Shown here one piece after another: positions 1 to 10,451 of a DNA stretch of 64,000 bases. Origin of the DNA: Nitrospinaceae bacterium. Lineage in GTDB: Bacteria > Nitrospinota > Nitrospinia > Nitrospinales > Nitrospinaceae. The stretch spans positions 2,272,001 to 2,336,000 of the forward strand of contig OZ250172.1 of assembly GCA_965237905.1 (NCBI GenBank), given 5' to 3'. Position numbers and translations under genes: made by a program. How positions within the stretch are numbered: the stretch's first letter is position 1; each line of letters opens with the position of its first letter. Under the pieces are notes generated by a model. It made no database searches. It saw only the letters and a list, made by a program, of their open reading frames with translations, and had not been told where the DNA came from.

Positions 1-5
1 GTGCG

Positions 6-458
6 ATGAGCTGGCAGGATGCGCGCCAACGCTATGATGGCTTGGTGAAAGAGATTGCCCGCGTCCATCATCCGCAGGCGGAGCGGCCTCTGTATGAGGC
101 GCGGTTATATGATTTGCTGATCGGTTTCTCGCGGTTTGCGGAGCAGGTCGTGAACCTCAACACTAAACCGGTCGTCAACAAAATGCTCAAACTCCGCCTA
201 TCCCATCTGCTGAAGGTGAAGGACGCCACGAACTGGGCGCTGGAAAACCAGTTGGTTGATCTGGCGCGTAAATACAAGGTTGGAACAGCAGTTAAATATT
301 CCGCCCTCATTTACAAAGCATTTAAAAAGGGACATCCGGGTATTTTGTTTAAGGATGCGGCGCTGATCCTTACGCGGGAAGCCGGAAAGCGGTGGGTGCT
401 GGTTTACCTCCACGATAAGATCGCCGTGGAGGCCAACTGGGTCTACAAACCGAAATAG
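6..458 (+). CDS. hypothetical protein (probably 5'-truncated by the window edge)
   Basis: Frame is open to the window start; the 150 aa look protein-like; no family recognised. Confidence 0.6.
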   Translation: MSWQDARQRYDGLVKEIARVHHPQAERPLYEARLYDLLIGFSRFAEQVVNLNTKPVVNKMLKLRLSHLLKVKDATNWALENQLVDLARKYKVGTAVKYSALIYKAFKKGHPGILFKDAALILTREAGKRWVLVYLHDKIAVEANWVYKPK

Positions 459-481
459 ACGGTCCTTGGAAAATGCCGGGT

Positions 482-1537
482 CTATTGTTTGGAGGAGGTC
501 ATGGATTTACCCAGATTGGATATCTCCGCCACCAATTGAATCCTGTCCGACTGCAAGCTCATACGCTTGTCGATCAGGGTGTCGATCTGCACGTTGACCT
601 GATCAAAACTTTCATCGCCGGGATATTCTCTCAGTAACGTCTGGAAAGAATCGTTGATTTTCAGTTCCGTGTGGAAACTGTTTTCAAACGACAGGACCAG
701 GGACTGGAAGATATCCTTGAAACCCTGCGAAATGGAAAATTTGTGCTTGTTGGTCTGCGCCCAGTTTTTTAAAGTGTCGGCTCCTTGTTCAACCGCCTTT
801 TTGGAAGCGCCCAGCTCAATATTGGCGATTTTAACGAAAGAGGTTCCGTTCTCCGGAACGTAATTGGAAACCCCGGTCACTTCCGGTCCCTCCATCTCGG
901 AGACACGGGCTTTGATGAGGTAGACCAGGCTCTGGTTGGAATGGACAATGGATTTGAACAGGTAATATGACGGATTGTCCTGTTCCAACTGGCCCATCCG
1001 CAGTTTTAACAACTGATTCTCGCCTTCCAAGGCACGGATGATGGTTCTCCGTGACTGCAGGTCAAACTGGTTGACCACCGACAGGTCCCGGGTCAAACTT
1101 GCCTCAAACAGATTATAAGTGTCGTCGAGCGATTGACGGATGATCTGGGTATATTCTTTGAGGTACCCGTTGAATTCTTTCACTTGGGGACGGAACCGCT
1201 CAGTTTTAAAGTCGGGTTGGTAGAGGGTGTCCAGTTTTTTGTTGGCGGTTTTGAACTTTTCCTCAATGATGACCGACATCTGGCGTTTTTTCTGAAGCGC
1301 GTTCTCTTCTCCAATGGTTTCCATCAATACCGCTTGGCTCAAATCGTCGATGGCCGAGGTTTGGGTGAAAATTTCTGTCAATTCGTTGTACAGACTTGTA
1401 GAACTTTCCAGATACCGTGTGTATTCCTTAAGATCGTGAAACAGATCCGTATTTCCACTTGGAGCGGCGGCAAGGTTGTTACTCAATGAAAGAACACAAA
1501 TCAAAAGGATGACAGTAGCGCGGTATCGAAATTTCAT
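482..1537 (-). CDS. hypothetical exported helical protein
   Basis: 351-aa ORF; N-terminal signal peptide (MKFRYRATVILLICVLSLSNNLAA); AGAGGG SD-like sequence upstream. Confidence 0.75.
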   Translation of the reverse strand: MKFRYRATVILLICVLSLSNNLAAAPSGNTDLFHDLKEYTRYLESSTSLYNELTEIFTQTSAIDDLSQAVLMETIGEENALQKKRQMSVIIEEKFKTANKKLDTLYQPDFKTERFRPQVKEFNGYLKEYTQIIRQSLDDTYNLFEASLTRDLSVVNQFDLQSRRTIIRALEGENQLLKLRMGQLEQDNPSYYLFKSIVHSNQSLVYLIKARVSEMEGPEVTGVSNYVPENGTSFVKIANIELGASKKAVEQGADTLKNWAQTNKHKFSISQGFKDIFQSLVLSFENSFHTELKINDSFQTLLREYPGDESFDQVNVQIDTLIDKRMSLQSDRIQLVAEISNLGKSMTSSKQ

Positions 1538-1738
1538 AACCCTCTTTCCTTAGATGGGGAAAACATCGGGCATGGCCACTCGTTTCCCAAATTTCCGTTT
1601 TTATTGACCTAATCTCAGGATAAGTAAGGAAAGGGCGCTTGGCAAACATTATTTTGGAATGTAATTGTAAATTTAATTGGGATGGTATTTAACTACTTGA
1701 ATTAGCTGGAGTCTCTGTAGAAGCGGAGATTTTAAAGT

Positions 1739-2590
1739 TCACCCAATTGGGTCACTTGGAGGGGTCAGCCGATAGGAAACGCGCACCTCGCTGGCATAAA
1801 CGTCCGCCCAGTGGGAGGCTTGTTTTTGCTCCGGGGTCCACAGGTCCCGCCAATGGCAGGGTTTCTGGATGTAGTCGTCCCACTTCAGAAACCGAAACTC
1901 CAGGCCCAGAACCTGGAACCAGATTTCCAGCAGGGCGCGGCTGGGGAAGGTGGTCAAGACGAGCTCCTTTCCTTTATAGGGGAAGGCATTGGGAAGCCGG
2001 TAATCTTTTTTCTCCGACTGCGTCAACGAGGTCAGCAGGAGGGGGCTCTCGAACGTTTCATCCTTCAAATGAGAATAATACTGGAGCGCGTCCTTACCCT
2101 GCAGGGCGGCATACCGGGCGGTGAAGGTATCGAGTAGAATACACTTACGCGTCACCCGCTCCATCAGTTGGAGCAGGCGAAAGGGTTCCATAACATAATA
2201 CAGCAGTCCGAAACAGAGGACCGTATCGAAGCTATCAGGTTCGCAGGCTTCCAGAAATTCGAAAACGTCTTTCACTTCAAACCGGTAAGAATCGGGAGAT
2301 ATCTGCATTCGGCGGAACAAATCCTCCCCTTTCCGGACCATGGCTTCCTCGGTGTCCACGCCGTGAACATGCTGCGCACCCAACTGTAAAGCGGCGTAGG
2401 AGAGGGTTCCCATATGCGAGGCCAAATCCAGCACCTGGCAATCCCGGATCACGTCCGCATGGCGGGCCAGCAGGGTGTCCACGCGGCCGTTCAAACATTC
2501 GTAATGATAAGGAATAGCCCAGCGCTTGCTCCGGCTGTCCTCCTTCAAAAAGGGCGAATCTTCTGGGAAATAAGGCTTGACCTTTTTCAA
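1739..2590 (-). CDS. class I SAM-dependent methyltransferase
   Basis: Motif I variant VLDLASHMG, then GVDTE and FDTVLCFGLLYY. Confidence 0.85.
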   Translation of the reverse strand: MKKVKPYFPEDSPFLKEDSRSKRWAIPYHYECLNGRVDTLLARHADVIRDCQVLDLASHMGTLSYAALQLGAQHVHGVDTEEAMVRKGEDLFRRMQISPDSYRFEVKDVFEFLEACEPDSFDTVLCFGLLYYVMEPFRLLQLMERVTRKCILLDTFTARYAALQGKDALQYYSHLKDETFESPLLLTSLTQSEKKDYRLPNAFPYKGKELVLTTFPSRALLEIWFQVLGLEFRFLKWDDYIQKPCHWRDLWTPEQKQASHWADVYASEVRVSYRLTPPSDPIG

Positions 2591-2804
2591 TCGTAACCTA
2601 TTGACTTATTAAATATTATTTGTTTTCTCACGCTGAAGCGGGAGAAGTTCTGCAGGCGGTTATTATAGCCTAAATGACTGAAAAAGCAGGAGCGGATTGG
2701 CTGTAAGGTCTGTTGTATCCTCACGACCAATAAAACTAGTTGCATTGATATATGTAGATAGGTGAATATGTTCTGATTGAGGGTTAATTTTAAAGGTATT
2801 TTCA

Positions 2805-3728
2805 ATGCCAAGACGCTTTTCGATGAAATTAATTCTGGGTACGGCTCTGATCCTGTTGGGAGCCGGGATTTCTGCACAAATGTGGCCGGGAGGCTGGACC
2901 CACGTTCTGGCTCAGGATTCTGCGGTGATCCGGGTCGCCGGGTCCACCACAGTATTGCCCATTGTATCCCGCGCGGCGGAGCGGTTCCAGACCCGCCACA
3001 CCTCGGTCAAGATCACCGTCAATGCTGGCGGCTCCGGTGTCGGCATTCATGGAGCGGGTACCCGACGGTTGGATATCGGCTTCGCGTCCCGTGAAATCAC
3101 TCCCAAAGAAAATAATCGTTACGCTGCCTCCCAACTCAACACGACCGTCATCGGACGCGACGCCGTGGCCTGCGTGGTGTCTTCCGAAATATTTCACGGC
3201 GGGGTGCATTCGCTTTCCAAACAACAGATCGGCGACATTTATCTCGGACAAATCACTAACTGGCAACAGGTCGGCGGACCGGATCGTCCGATCATCGTTA
3301 TCGACAAGGAAACGCACCGCGGCACCCGCCATGTGTTCATGCAATACCTGTTCGGAAAATCAAACGCACGGGCACCGGGCGCGCGGCTGGTCACCGGCTC
3401 CAACAACGAGGAGCAGGCCAAAATCGCGCAAAGCGATTCCGCCATCGGCATGCTCTCCATTGCCTGGATCAATGACGATGTGGTCGGCATCGGTATCCGC
3501 GAAGGCCGTCAGGTCATAGAACCCACCTTGGACAACGTGCGCACCGGACATTTTCCTATCGCCCGTAATCTGAATCTTATAACCGCCGGTAAACCCAAAG
3601 GCGTGGTCAAACAATTTGTCGATTACCTGCTGAGTCAGGAAGGCCAGGCCATCGTTGAGGCCAGCGGGTATATTCCCATTCACTCCCCGCAAGCCGTCTC
3701 CAAGGTAGCGGGCCAACTGACTCAATGA
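2805..3728 (+). CDS. pstS: phosphate ABC transporter substrate-binding protein
   Basis: Signal peptide; AGSTTV, GGSGVG, DIGFASRE and YPIAR-like motifs; first gene of the pst operon. Confidence 0.9.
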   Translation: MPRRFSMKLILGTALILLGAGISAQMWPGGWTHVLAQDSAVIRVAGSTTVLPIVSRAAERFQTRHTSVKITVNAGGSGVGIHGAGTRRLDIGFASREITPKENNRYAASQLNTTVIGRDAVACVVSSEIFHGGVHSLSKQQIGDIYLGQITNWQQVGGPDRPIIVIDKETHRGTRHVFMQYLFGKSNARAPGARLVTGSNNEEQAKIAQSDSAIGMLSIAWINDDVVGIGIREGRQVIEPTLDNVRTGHFPIARNLNLITAGKPKGVVKQFVDYLLSQEGQAIVEASGYIPIHSPQAVSKVAGQLTQ

Positions 3729-4603
3729 CAGATAAATTCTCAAAACTGTTTGCCGAAAGGGGACCGGCGTTTTGGTGGACCGGTTTCACGGCACTCATAG
3801 CCTCCGGAACCATTTTCATTCTGTTTGTCAGTCTGGTGATCGAAAGCATTCCCGTTTTTAAAAAGCAGGGAGTCTCGTTTCTGTGGGGAACGGACTGGTT
3901 CGCGGGCGAGGCGTACGGTGCCTTGCCGATGATTTTCGGTTCGTTGATGGTCACCGGTCTCGCAGTGGTGATGGTGCTCCCCTTCGCGCTGGGGAGCGCA
4001 GTCCTGACCTCTGAATTTCTCAACGGCCGTTTACGCCTGATAGTCAAAGCCGCGATGGAGTTGCTGGCGGGCGTGCCCGGCATTATTTACGGATTAATGG
4101 GCATCGCGCTGTTGACCGTGTGGGTGCGCGATGTGTTCGGCCTCATCGACGGCAACACCTTATTTACGGCGGGACTGTTGTTGGCGGTGATGATTCTACC
4201 GACGGTCATGACCCTTTCAGAAGATGCCCTGCGTGCGGTGCCCGGTGAATTCCGCGACACGGCATTGAGCCTGGGGTTGACCCGGATGGAGATGGTTCTG
4301 AAAGTGGTGGTGCCGCAGGCGTTACCCGGATTGGCCGGGGCGGTGTTTCTGGGACTGGGACGCGCCATGGGCGAGACCATCGCCGTGATGCTGGTGATCG
4401 GTGGCATCGACCGCATTCCGCAACCCTGGTTTAACCTGTTCGCACCCGGGCAAAGTATTCCCTCCAAGATTGGACGCGAGGCCGCCGAAGCGCTCGGCTT
4501 CGACGTGCAATGGAGCGCCCTCATCGCGCTGGGACTGGTGTTGTTCGTGATGGTGATGACGTTGACCTCGGCCGGAAATCTTTTGTTGAGGAGAGCCCGA
4601 TGA
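3725..4603 (+). CDS. pstC: phosphate ABC transporter permease
   Basis: ELLAGVPGIIYG, EDALRAVP, GRAMGETIAV; ATGA overlap with pstS. Confidence 0.93.
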   Translation: MTDKFSKLFAERGPAFWWTGFTALIASGTIFILFVSLVIESIPVFKKQGVSFLWGTDWFAGEAYGALPMIFGSLMVTGLAVVMVLPFALGSAVLTSEFLNGRLRLIVKAAMELLAGVPGIIYGLMGIALLTVWVRDVFGLIDGNTLFTAGLLLAVMILPTVMTLSEDALRAVPGEFRDTALSLGLTRMEMVLKVVVPQALPGLAGAVFLGLGRAMGETIAVMLVIGGIDRIPQPWFNLFAPGQSIPSKIGREAAEALGFDVQWSALIALGLVLFVMVMTLTSAGNLLLRRAR

Positions 4604-5451
4604 ACCAACGCCTCTTCAAAGAGCGGACGATCCTGTTTACGCTGTACGGTTTTACCGGTTGTGGCTGTCTGGTGCTGGCCGTCATTCTGGCGACGGTTTT
4701 TACCAAGGGAGCCCCCGCCATCGGCAGCTCCTTTCTCTTCGAAGAGTCGCGCAATTTCGGGTTGGAGGGTGGTATCCTTTATCAGATTGCAGGCACCTTG
4801 ATTTTGATGACGGGCGCGGCCCTCGTATGCCTGCCGGTGGCTTTAGGATCGGTCCTGTTTCAAACCGAGTTTTTGCATTCCCCGCAACTCAAAAAAAACT
4901 TTCGTCTGCTCATCTATTCGCTCAACGCCGTGCCCACCATTATTTTCGGATTGATCGGTTATCTGTTCTTCGGCATATTTCTCGAAGCTGGGGTGTCGTG
5001 GGTGACGGGTATCTTGATTCTGGCGGTAATGATTCTACCGACTCTGCACGTCAGCATTCACGAGGCGGTGGAGTCGATTCCAAAACATTACCGGGAAGCG
5101 GGCCTGGCGTTGGGGTTGTCACCGGGGCAACAGATGCGCGCCGTCATTCTACCGCAAAGCCTGCACGGCATCGTGACGGGAACCCTGTTGGGACTGGCGC
5201 GGGCGGCGGGGGAGACGGCGGCCATCATGTTTACCGCCACCGCGTTTTCCGGCGTGCGCCTGCCGCAGTCGTGGACCGAACCGGTGACTACTCTGCAAAC
5301 GCATATTCTGGTGCTGGCGCAGGAAGCGGCCAATCCGGTGGCGCTTACGAATGCCTGGGGAGCGGGGCTCGTGCTTTTGACGTTGGTGTTTATTTTGATC
5401 ACAGCGACGCTCTGGATTCGATCTGGTTTGGAAATGGAGGCGGAACGATGA
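4600..5451 (+). CDS. pstA: phosphate ABC transporter permease
   Basis: LNAVPTIIFG, REAGLALG, ARAAGETA; start placed at ATG 4600 (ATGA overlap), not 4510. Confidence 0.92.
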   Translation: MNQRLFKERTILFTLYGFTGCGCLVLAVILATVFTKGAPAIGSSFLFEESRNFGLEGGILYQIAGTLILMTGAALVCLPVALGSVLFQTEFLHSPQLKKNFRLLIYSLNAVPTIIFGLIGYLFFGIFLEAGVSWVTGILILAVMILPTLHVSIHEAVESIPKHYREAGLALGLSPGQQMRAVILPQSLHGIVTGTLLGLARAAGETAAIMFTATAFSGVRLPQSWTEPVTTLQTHILVLAQEAANPVALTNAWGAGLVLLTLVFILITATLWIRSGLEMEAER

Positions 5452-6152
5452 CCGAAAATGCCATTCAACTGGAACAAGTCAAACTCAGTTATTCCGGCAA
5501 GGCGGTGATCGAGGCCGCCTCCTGCACCGTTCGCAAAAATGCGGTGACGGCGGTGGTGGGTCCGTCGGGAAGCGGCAAGTCCACCTTGCTGAGAACCTTG
5601 TGCCGGATGAACGACCGCATCCCGGGATTTCAGGTAGAGGGAAACGTGACGGTGCTGGGACGGGATATTTATGATCCGGGGATCAACGTGTATGAACTGC
5701 GCAAGCGGGTGGGGATGGTGTTCCAAAAACCCTGCGTGTTTCCCAAATCGATTGTCGAGAACGTCATCTTCGGTCTCAGGTTTCACGCTTCCCCAAATGG
5801 TGCGAGTTTTGCCGAACGGTCGGAGCAGGCCCTGCGCGATGTGTTTTTGTGGGACGAAGTGAAGGACCGCCTGCACGATCCGGCGCACACCTTGTCGCAG
5901 GGCCAGCAACAGCGGTTGGCTATGGCGCGCACCTTGGCAGTCGATCCCGAAATCCTGCTGATGGACGAACCCACTTCGGCGCTCGATCCCAAATCCTCCC
6001 GCGCTATCGAGGATTTGATTCTATCCCTGAAGGATCGGCACACCCTCGTGCTGGTGACGCACAACGTCGATCAGGCCGAGCGCGTGGCGGAAGATGTGAT
6101 CTGCGTCGACGAAAAAACCGTCTGCCACAAACCCTGCCAACGCCCGGGGTAG
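5448..6152 (+). CDS. pstB: phosphate ABC transporter ATP-binding protein
   Basis: Walker A GPSGSGKST, RMND, LSQGQQQRL, LLMDEPTSALDP; start at ATG 5448 with GGAGG SD and ATGA overlap. Confidence 0.93.
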   Translation: MTENAIQLEQVKLSYSGKAVIEAASCTVRKNAVTAVVGPSGSGKSTLLRTLCRMNDRIPGFQVEGNVTVLGRDIYDPGINVYELRKRVGMVFQKPCVFPKSIVENVIFGLRFHASPNGASFAERSEQALRDVFLWDEVKDRLHDPAHTLSQGQQQRLAMARTLAVDPEILLMDEPTSALDPKSSRAIEDLILSLKDRHTLVLVTHNVDQAERVAEDVICVDEKTVCHKPCQRPG

Positions 6153-6323
6153 CCCCGGAGCTAATTTAGCTGAGGCGTTACAGCGCGGCCTAAAAGTTAT
6201 TTTCGCCATTGAGCGCAGACTCCCTGCCAACGACCCCTACCGGGGGAGGGGACTGGCTGATGGTTTACGGCATTCGATGATCTCTGTCCGCAACTCAGAG
6301 TTTTTAAATTACCCGCGGCAATT

Positions 6324-6347
6324 TGTCACCTTGAGTCTATCGAAGGG
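6324..6347 (+). repeat. degenerate REP-like element, inverted copy of 26761-26784
   Basis: TGTCACCTTGAGTCTATCGAAGGG matches the reverse complement of 26761-26784 at 21/24 positions. Confidence 0.65.
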
Positions 6348-6378
6348 AATACAGATAAACACGGATGAAAACTAAATA

Positions 6379-6455
6379 CTCCTCCCCTTTTCAAGGGGAG
6401 GCTGGGAGGGGTTGATATTAACCACCCCTAGCCCCTCCTTTTCAAGGAGGGGGAC
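6379..6455. repeat. inverted doublet of palindromic REP-like units
   Basis: CTCCCCTTTTCAAGGGGAG-GCTGGGAGGGGTT facing AACCACCCCTAG-CCCCTCCTTTTCAAGGAGGGG. Confidence 0.75.
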
Positions 6456-6533
6456 TGGAGTTAAAGATGCTGGGATTATCCCCTTTAAAAGGGTGGGCGA
6501 AGGGCCTATAATTTCGGTGATATCCATCAAACG

Positions 6534-8123
6534 GTGAATCAAGGTTCAGAGATGAAGCGACAGAAAAACCGCAAAGACGAATTTGTGTTTTCGACCGGCG
6601 ACGAGGCGTTGTCGACCTTGGGAGAGGAGCTCCGCCTGAAATATCCGGAGATGGCGGAGAAGTTCGCGCGCCTGCAGGGTTCTGACCCGGTGGTCCGGCG
6701 GCTGGTGGATACGGTACACGACCTCATGCCTTACGACTGGCAGGACTCCGAACAGTTTTATCAGGGAGCGATGTATTGCGTGCGGGGCCATTACCTGGGG
6801 GCGCTGGGGGAGTTTTCCGAGATTCTAGAAGTGGAACCGGAAGCCTACCCGGTGTATCACCTGCTCGGTTACGTGTGCGGGAGCATGGGCAAATACAAGA
6901 TGGAGGTGGATTATTACCGCAAGGCCATCAAGATCAAGCCGGACTACCCGCAGGTGTATTATGATCTGGCGCTCGCTTACTGGATGATGGGCAAAGAGAA
7001 CAAAGCCTACGCCGCCATGAAACAAGGGGTGGCGGTCCATCAGGATTTCGCGGTGGCCGATCATTGGCTGACCTTCGCCTCGGATCACCTGGGGCGTTAT
7101 CAGGATCCGGATGGCTTGGGGGAAAAGGAAGAAGGCGAAAAAGTGCGATGCCTGACTCAAGCTTATTACCTTTTGGGCATGGCTTATCTTGATTATGGAC
7201 TGAATGCCAATGCGCGTTCGGCGTTCAAGAACGCAGTAAAATTGAAAGAAGATTTTGCGGACGCGTATTATCAACTGGGAGAACTGCACCTCAAAAAACT
7301 GCGCAATCCCAAGCGGGCCCGTAGTTACCTGGAGACCGCCGAATCGCTATACACTCAGGCAAACGACCTGACGCGGGCTGGCCTGGCCCATCAACTGTAT
7401 ACGCCGTTGGCAGAAATCTCTGACAAGGAGCAGGCCGCTGATGACTGGTTGAAAGAGGGTCTGCGGTTACAGCAATTGGGGTTGTATCAGAGTGCGGTCG
7501 ATGCCTATAAGAAAGCCATCACGTTTCACCCGGATTTTGTCGACGCGTATTACAATATGGGCATCGCGTACGGCAGTCTGGAGGATGTCGGGCAACCTAA
7601 AATAGATCAGGCCATCGGTGCGTTGAAACATGCGGTGCGATTGAAACCCGATTTTGTTCACGCCCATATCGCTTTGGGGGCTTCGTATATCCGGCGTGGA
7701 GATTTTCAGGATGCAGTGGATTTGCTGGAGGATTCGGCGCGTCTGGCTCCCGACGATTACAATATTTTTTATTATCTGGGAACGGCGATGCGCATGATGG
7801 GGAAGGTCCAGGAATCGCTTTCCATTCTCGAAAAGGCCGTTTCACTGGCGCCGGATTCGGTGCATGCCCGGTTTTCGCTGGGGTTGGCGTATTATGATTC
7901 GAAGCGGCTGGAGCTGGCCCGGGATGAATTTCTGGAGACCGTTCGCCTTCGCCCGGATTTTGCGGATGCGCATTACCTGTTGGGCAGTTTATATCACTCC
8001 GCGCTGGAGGATTCAGAGCGGTCCCTGTTTCATTTGAGAAAAGCGGAGAAGTTGTTTTCAAAACTCAAGGATTACCCGAAGGTATCGCGTGTCCGAGAAT
8101 TGATGACGACACAACTGGTTTGA
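6534..8123 (+). CDS. tetratricopeptide repeat protein
   Basis: Many TPR units (e.g. YRKAIKIKPDY, AYYNMGIAY, HAVRLKPDF); start may be ATG 6552. Confidence 0.9.
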   Translation: MNQGSEMKRQKNRKDEFVFSTGDEALSTLGEELRLKYPEMAEKFARLQGSDPVVRRLVDTVHDLMPYDWQDSEQFYQGAMYCVRGHYLGALGEFSEILEVEPEAYPVYHLLGYVCGSMGKYKMEVDYYRKAIKIKPDYPQVYYDLALAYWMMGKENKAYAAMKQGVAVHQDFAVADHWLTFASDHLGRYQDPDGLGEKEEGEKVRCLTQAYYLLGMAYLDYGLNANARSAFKNAVKLKEDFADAYYQLGELHLKKLRNPKRARSYLETAESLYTQANDLTRAGLAHQLYTPLAEISDKEQAADDWLKEGLRLQQLGLYQSAVDAYKKAITFHPDFVDAYYNMGIAYGSLEDVGQPKIDQAIGALKHAVRLKPDFVHAHIALGASYIRRGDFQDAVDLLEDSARLAPDDYNIFYYLGTAMRMMGKVQESLSILEKAVSLAPDSVHARFSLGLAYYDSKRLELARDEFLETVRLRPDFADAHYLLGSLYHSALEDSERSLFHLRKAEKLFSKLKDYPKVSRVRELMTTQLV

Positions 8124-9403
8124 TGAATCGTATTTCCACTATAAATAAATTCTTTGCGGGATGGATCTGGGTTGCTGTGCTCCTGATGTTTTTGTGTATG
8201 GGGACCGCCGGGGCGGCAGAGACTCCAACGGATATTGAGAAAGAGATCGATTCGTTACCCGCCTTGGAAATGGCGGAGCGGGCGTTGATCGATACCTTGT
8301 ACTATAATTTCGATCCATGGATGCATCGATTCAAACGCCGTATCAAGCAACTGGAGGCTGGTCCTCAAACCCTCGCCAACCAATTGGAACTCATGCGGTT
8401 TTATTTTTACATGGCCGGCCTGAACGGCGAGTTGACCCATGTCCTGTCCTTTACCAGCAAGTTCAAGATCGAAAAAGTCAAAAAGGATTTTCTGTATTAC
8501 AGCGGTAAGGCCAAAGCCCTGGCGGAAACCCTTCTGGAGAACCCGGAGCTTTCCAAGGAGGATTACGCCGATGCTTATTTTTTCCTGGGCGCGTCGGAAG
8601 GCTATATGGCTCTGTTGGAATATGGTGAAGGGAATCTATTTTCGGCCTTGATCGACGGCCTGAGCGCTGACAATCATCTTGAGGACGCTTTGAAATTGGA
8701 CCCCGGTCATGCCGACGCGCATGTAGGGCTGGGGATCTACCGGTACGGCAACACCCGTCTGGGCGGGCTGGGCAATTTTATCATGCAGGGCGGGAGCGAC
8801 CTGCGCCTGGTGGGTCTGCGTCATATTGAGACTGCGCTTGAGAAAGAAATTCTGTCGGAACCTTTGGCGCTCAAAACCCTGATTTGGTTTTATATTTCCG
8901 AACAGATCAACCCGGATAATGCTGATCTCCCCGACAACGATCCGCTCTCATCCTATATCGCCCGGTCGCGCGCGATGTATTTGCTGGACAAATACGAGCG
9001 TCTTTATTTTGTCGACGTCCCGGAAGGCTTTGTCGGCAACAAGGGTCTGGCTATGATGAAAGCCATTCAGTTCGTCCTGAATGACGACTATGGCAAGGCG
9101 CTCGAACAGTTTGAGAAGAATCTAAAAATATGCGATTACCTGATACGCGTTAGAAAGTTCAAACTCAACCCGCAATATGTGGATACCATAAAAGCTGCGG
9201 CTAAGTTTTGCCGATTGATGATTGCCGCCGGGGCGAATACGGGTGTACCCAATCCCAAGTCATGCGTGAAAGTCAACGAGCAGATTGATTTCATCGAAGA
9301 TGGGGGCAGTATGATCGAATACGAATCCTCCAAAATACGGGCAGAAATCCAGGACGTATTCCACCACCGCCTTAGAGACCTTTCCTCCCGCCTGGACTGT
9401 TGA
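8120..9403 (+). CDS. exported TPR-like protein
   Basis: Signal peptide ending AGA-A; ALKLDPGHADAHVGLGIY TPR-like unit; overlaps the upstream stop. Confidence 0.8.
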   Translation: MMNRISTINKFFAGWIWVAVLLMFLCMGTAGAAETPTDIEKEIDSLPALEMAERALIDTLYYNFDPWMHRFKRRIKQLEAGPQTLANQLELMRFYFYMAGLNGELTHVLSFTSKFKIEKVKKDFLYYSGKAKALAETLLENPELSKEDYADAYFFLGASEGYMALLEYGEGNLFSALIDGLSADNHLEDALKLDPGHADAHVGLGIYRYGNTRLGGLGNFIMQGGSDLRLVGLRHIETALEKEILSEPLALKTLIWFYISEQINPDNADLPDNDPLSSYIARSRAMYLLDKYERLYFVDVPEGFVGNKGLAMMKAIQFVLNDDYGKALEQFEKNLKICDYLIRVRKFKLNPQYVDTIKAAAKFCRLMIAAGANTGVPNPKSCVKVNEQIDFIEDGGSMIEYESSKIRAEIQDVFHHRLRDLSSRLDC

Positions 9404-9515
9404 CATTTCAGCGGTTACCCGCCGTTGCGTTGGCCTTTTCAGGTTTCTTTGAATTGTAAGGACCCTTCCTCTAACACGACTAAACTCCAAGCGTGAACAA
9501 AGTTATTGGAGTCCT

Positions 9516-10451
9516 GTGAAAATTTGTTTTAAATCCGTGGGTATCAAGACGCTCGGTTTGATCCTGTTGTGGATCGGGTTGTCTGCTTGGGATTTTTCCA
9601 AGCACAGCATCCCGCTGGGTGAAATCCTGAGCGGGGGACCGGGTAAGGACGGCATCCCCGCCATCGACCGGCCCCAGTTTGTGCCGGCCTCCAAAGCCAG
9701 TCGGACTTTTCTGGAGGACGGAGACCGGATCATCGCGTTGGTGATGAACGGCAAGAAGAAAGCTTATCCTATCAAAATTCTCAACTGGCATGAAATCGTG
9801 AACGACAGCATTGGCGGCCGCCGTGTGGTGGTGACGTTTTGTCCCTTGTGCGGCACCGGCATGGTGTTCGACGCGAACGCGGTGGGCAGGCGATTGAATT
9901 TCGGCGTGTCCGGTTTGTTGTACCAAAGCGACGTGCTGTTGTACGACCGCCAGACTGAGAGCCTGTGGTCGCAAATCAAGCAGGAAGCGGTGACCGGCAA
10001 GCTGACCGGAACCCGTCTGCAATTACTGTCTTCGACCCAAACCACTTGGGGTGCGTGGAAAAAGCAGCATCCGGATACTTTCGTGCTGTCCACTCAGACC
10101 GGGTATTTTCGGGATTACGATCGTGATCCTTACGAAGATTACTACACCAGCCGGGATGTCATGTTTCCAGCCGGCAAATTGAACCTTCGCTACCACCCCA
10201 AGGAACAAATCATTGGCGTAGAGTTGGATGGGTTGGCCAAAGCATATCCATTCACCGAACTGGCGCGGGTGAAATCGCCCTTCAAAGACAAGGTGGGAAA
10301 GAAAACCGTGTGGGTCGTGTACGACTCCAAGTCACGGACGGCGACGATCAAGGATGTTTCGGGAAAAGAACTGCCTTCCGTGGTCGGGTTCTGGTTCGCC
10401 TGGTATGCGTTCCACAAGGACACGCAGGTCTATACCGCACAAAAGAATTGA
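9516..10451 (+). CDS. DUF3179 family protein
   Basis: GGPGKDGIPAID, AYPIKILNWHEIVND, TFCPLCG, FGVSGLLY, YDRQTESLWSQ, FWFAW. Confidence 0.9.
   Translation: MKICFKSVGIKTLGLILLWIGLSAWDFSKHSIPLGEILSGGPGKDGIPAIDRPQFVPASKASRTFLEDGDRIIALVMNGKKKAYPIKILNWHEIVNDSIGGRRVVVTFCPLCGTGMVFDANAVGRRLNFGVSGLLYQSDVLLYDRQTESLWSQIKQEAVTGKLTGTRLQLLSSTQTTWGAWKKQHPDTFVLSTQTGYFRDYDRDPYEDYYTSRDVMFPAGKLNLRYHPKEQIIGVELDGLAKAYPFTELARVKSPFKDKVGKKTVWVVYDSKSRTATIKDVSGKELPSVVGFWFAWYAFHKDTQVYTAQKN

Noticed and set aside
1739..1754. TCACCCAATTGGGTCA palindrome resembling the LuxR-region boxes
   Set aside because: It lies within the last codons of the methyltransferase, and I could not tie it to a promoter
2700..2720. Pho box upstream of pstS
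   Set aside because: CTGTAA..CTGTTG is a poor match with the wrong repeat period
4659..5447. Long N-terminal extension of PstB (497-aa ORF)
   Set aside because: It overlaps pstA in another frame; the real start is ATG 5448 with SD and ATGA coupling
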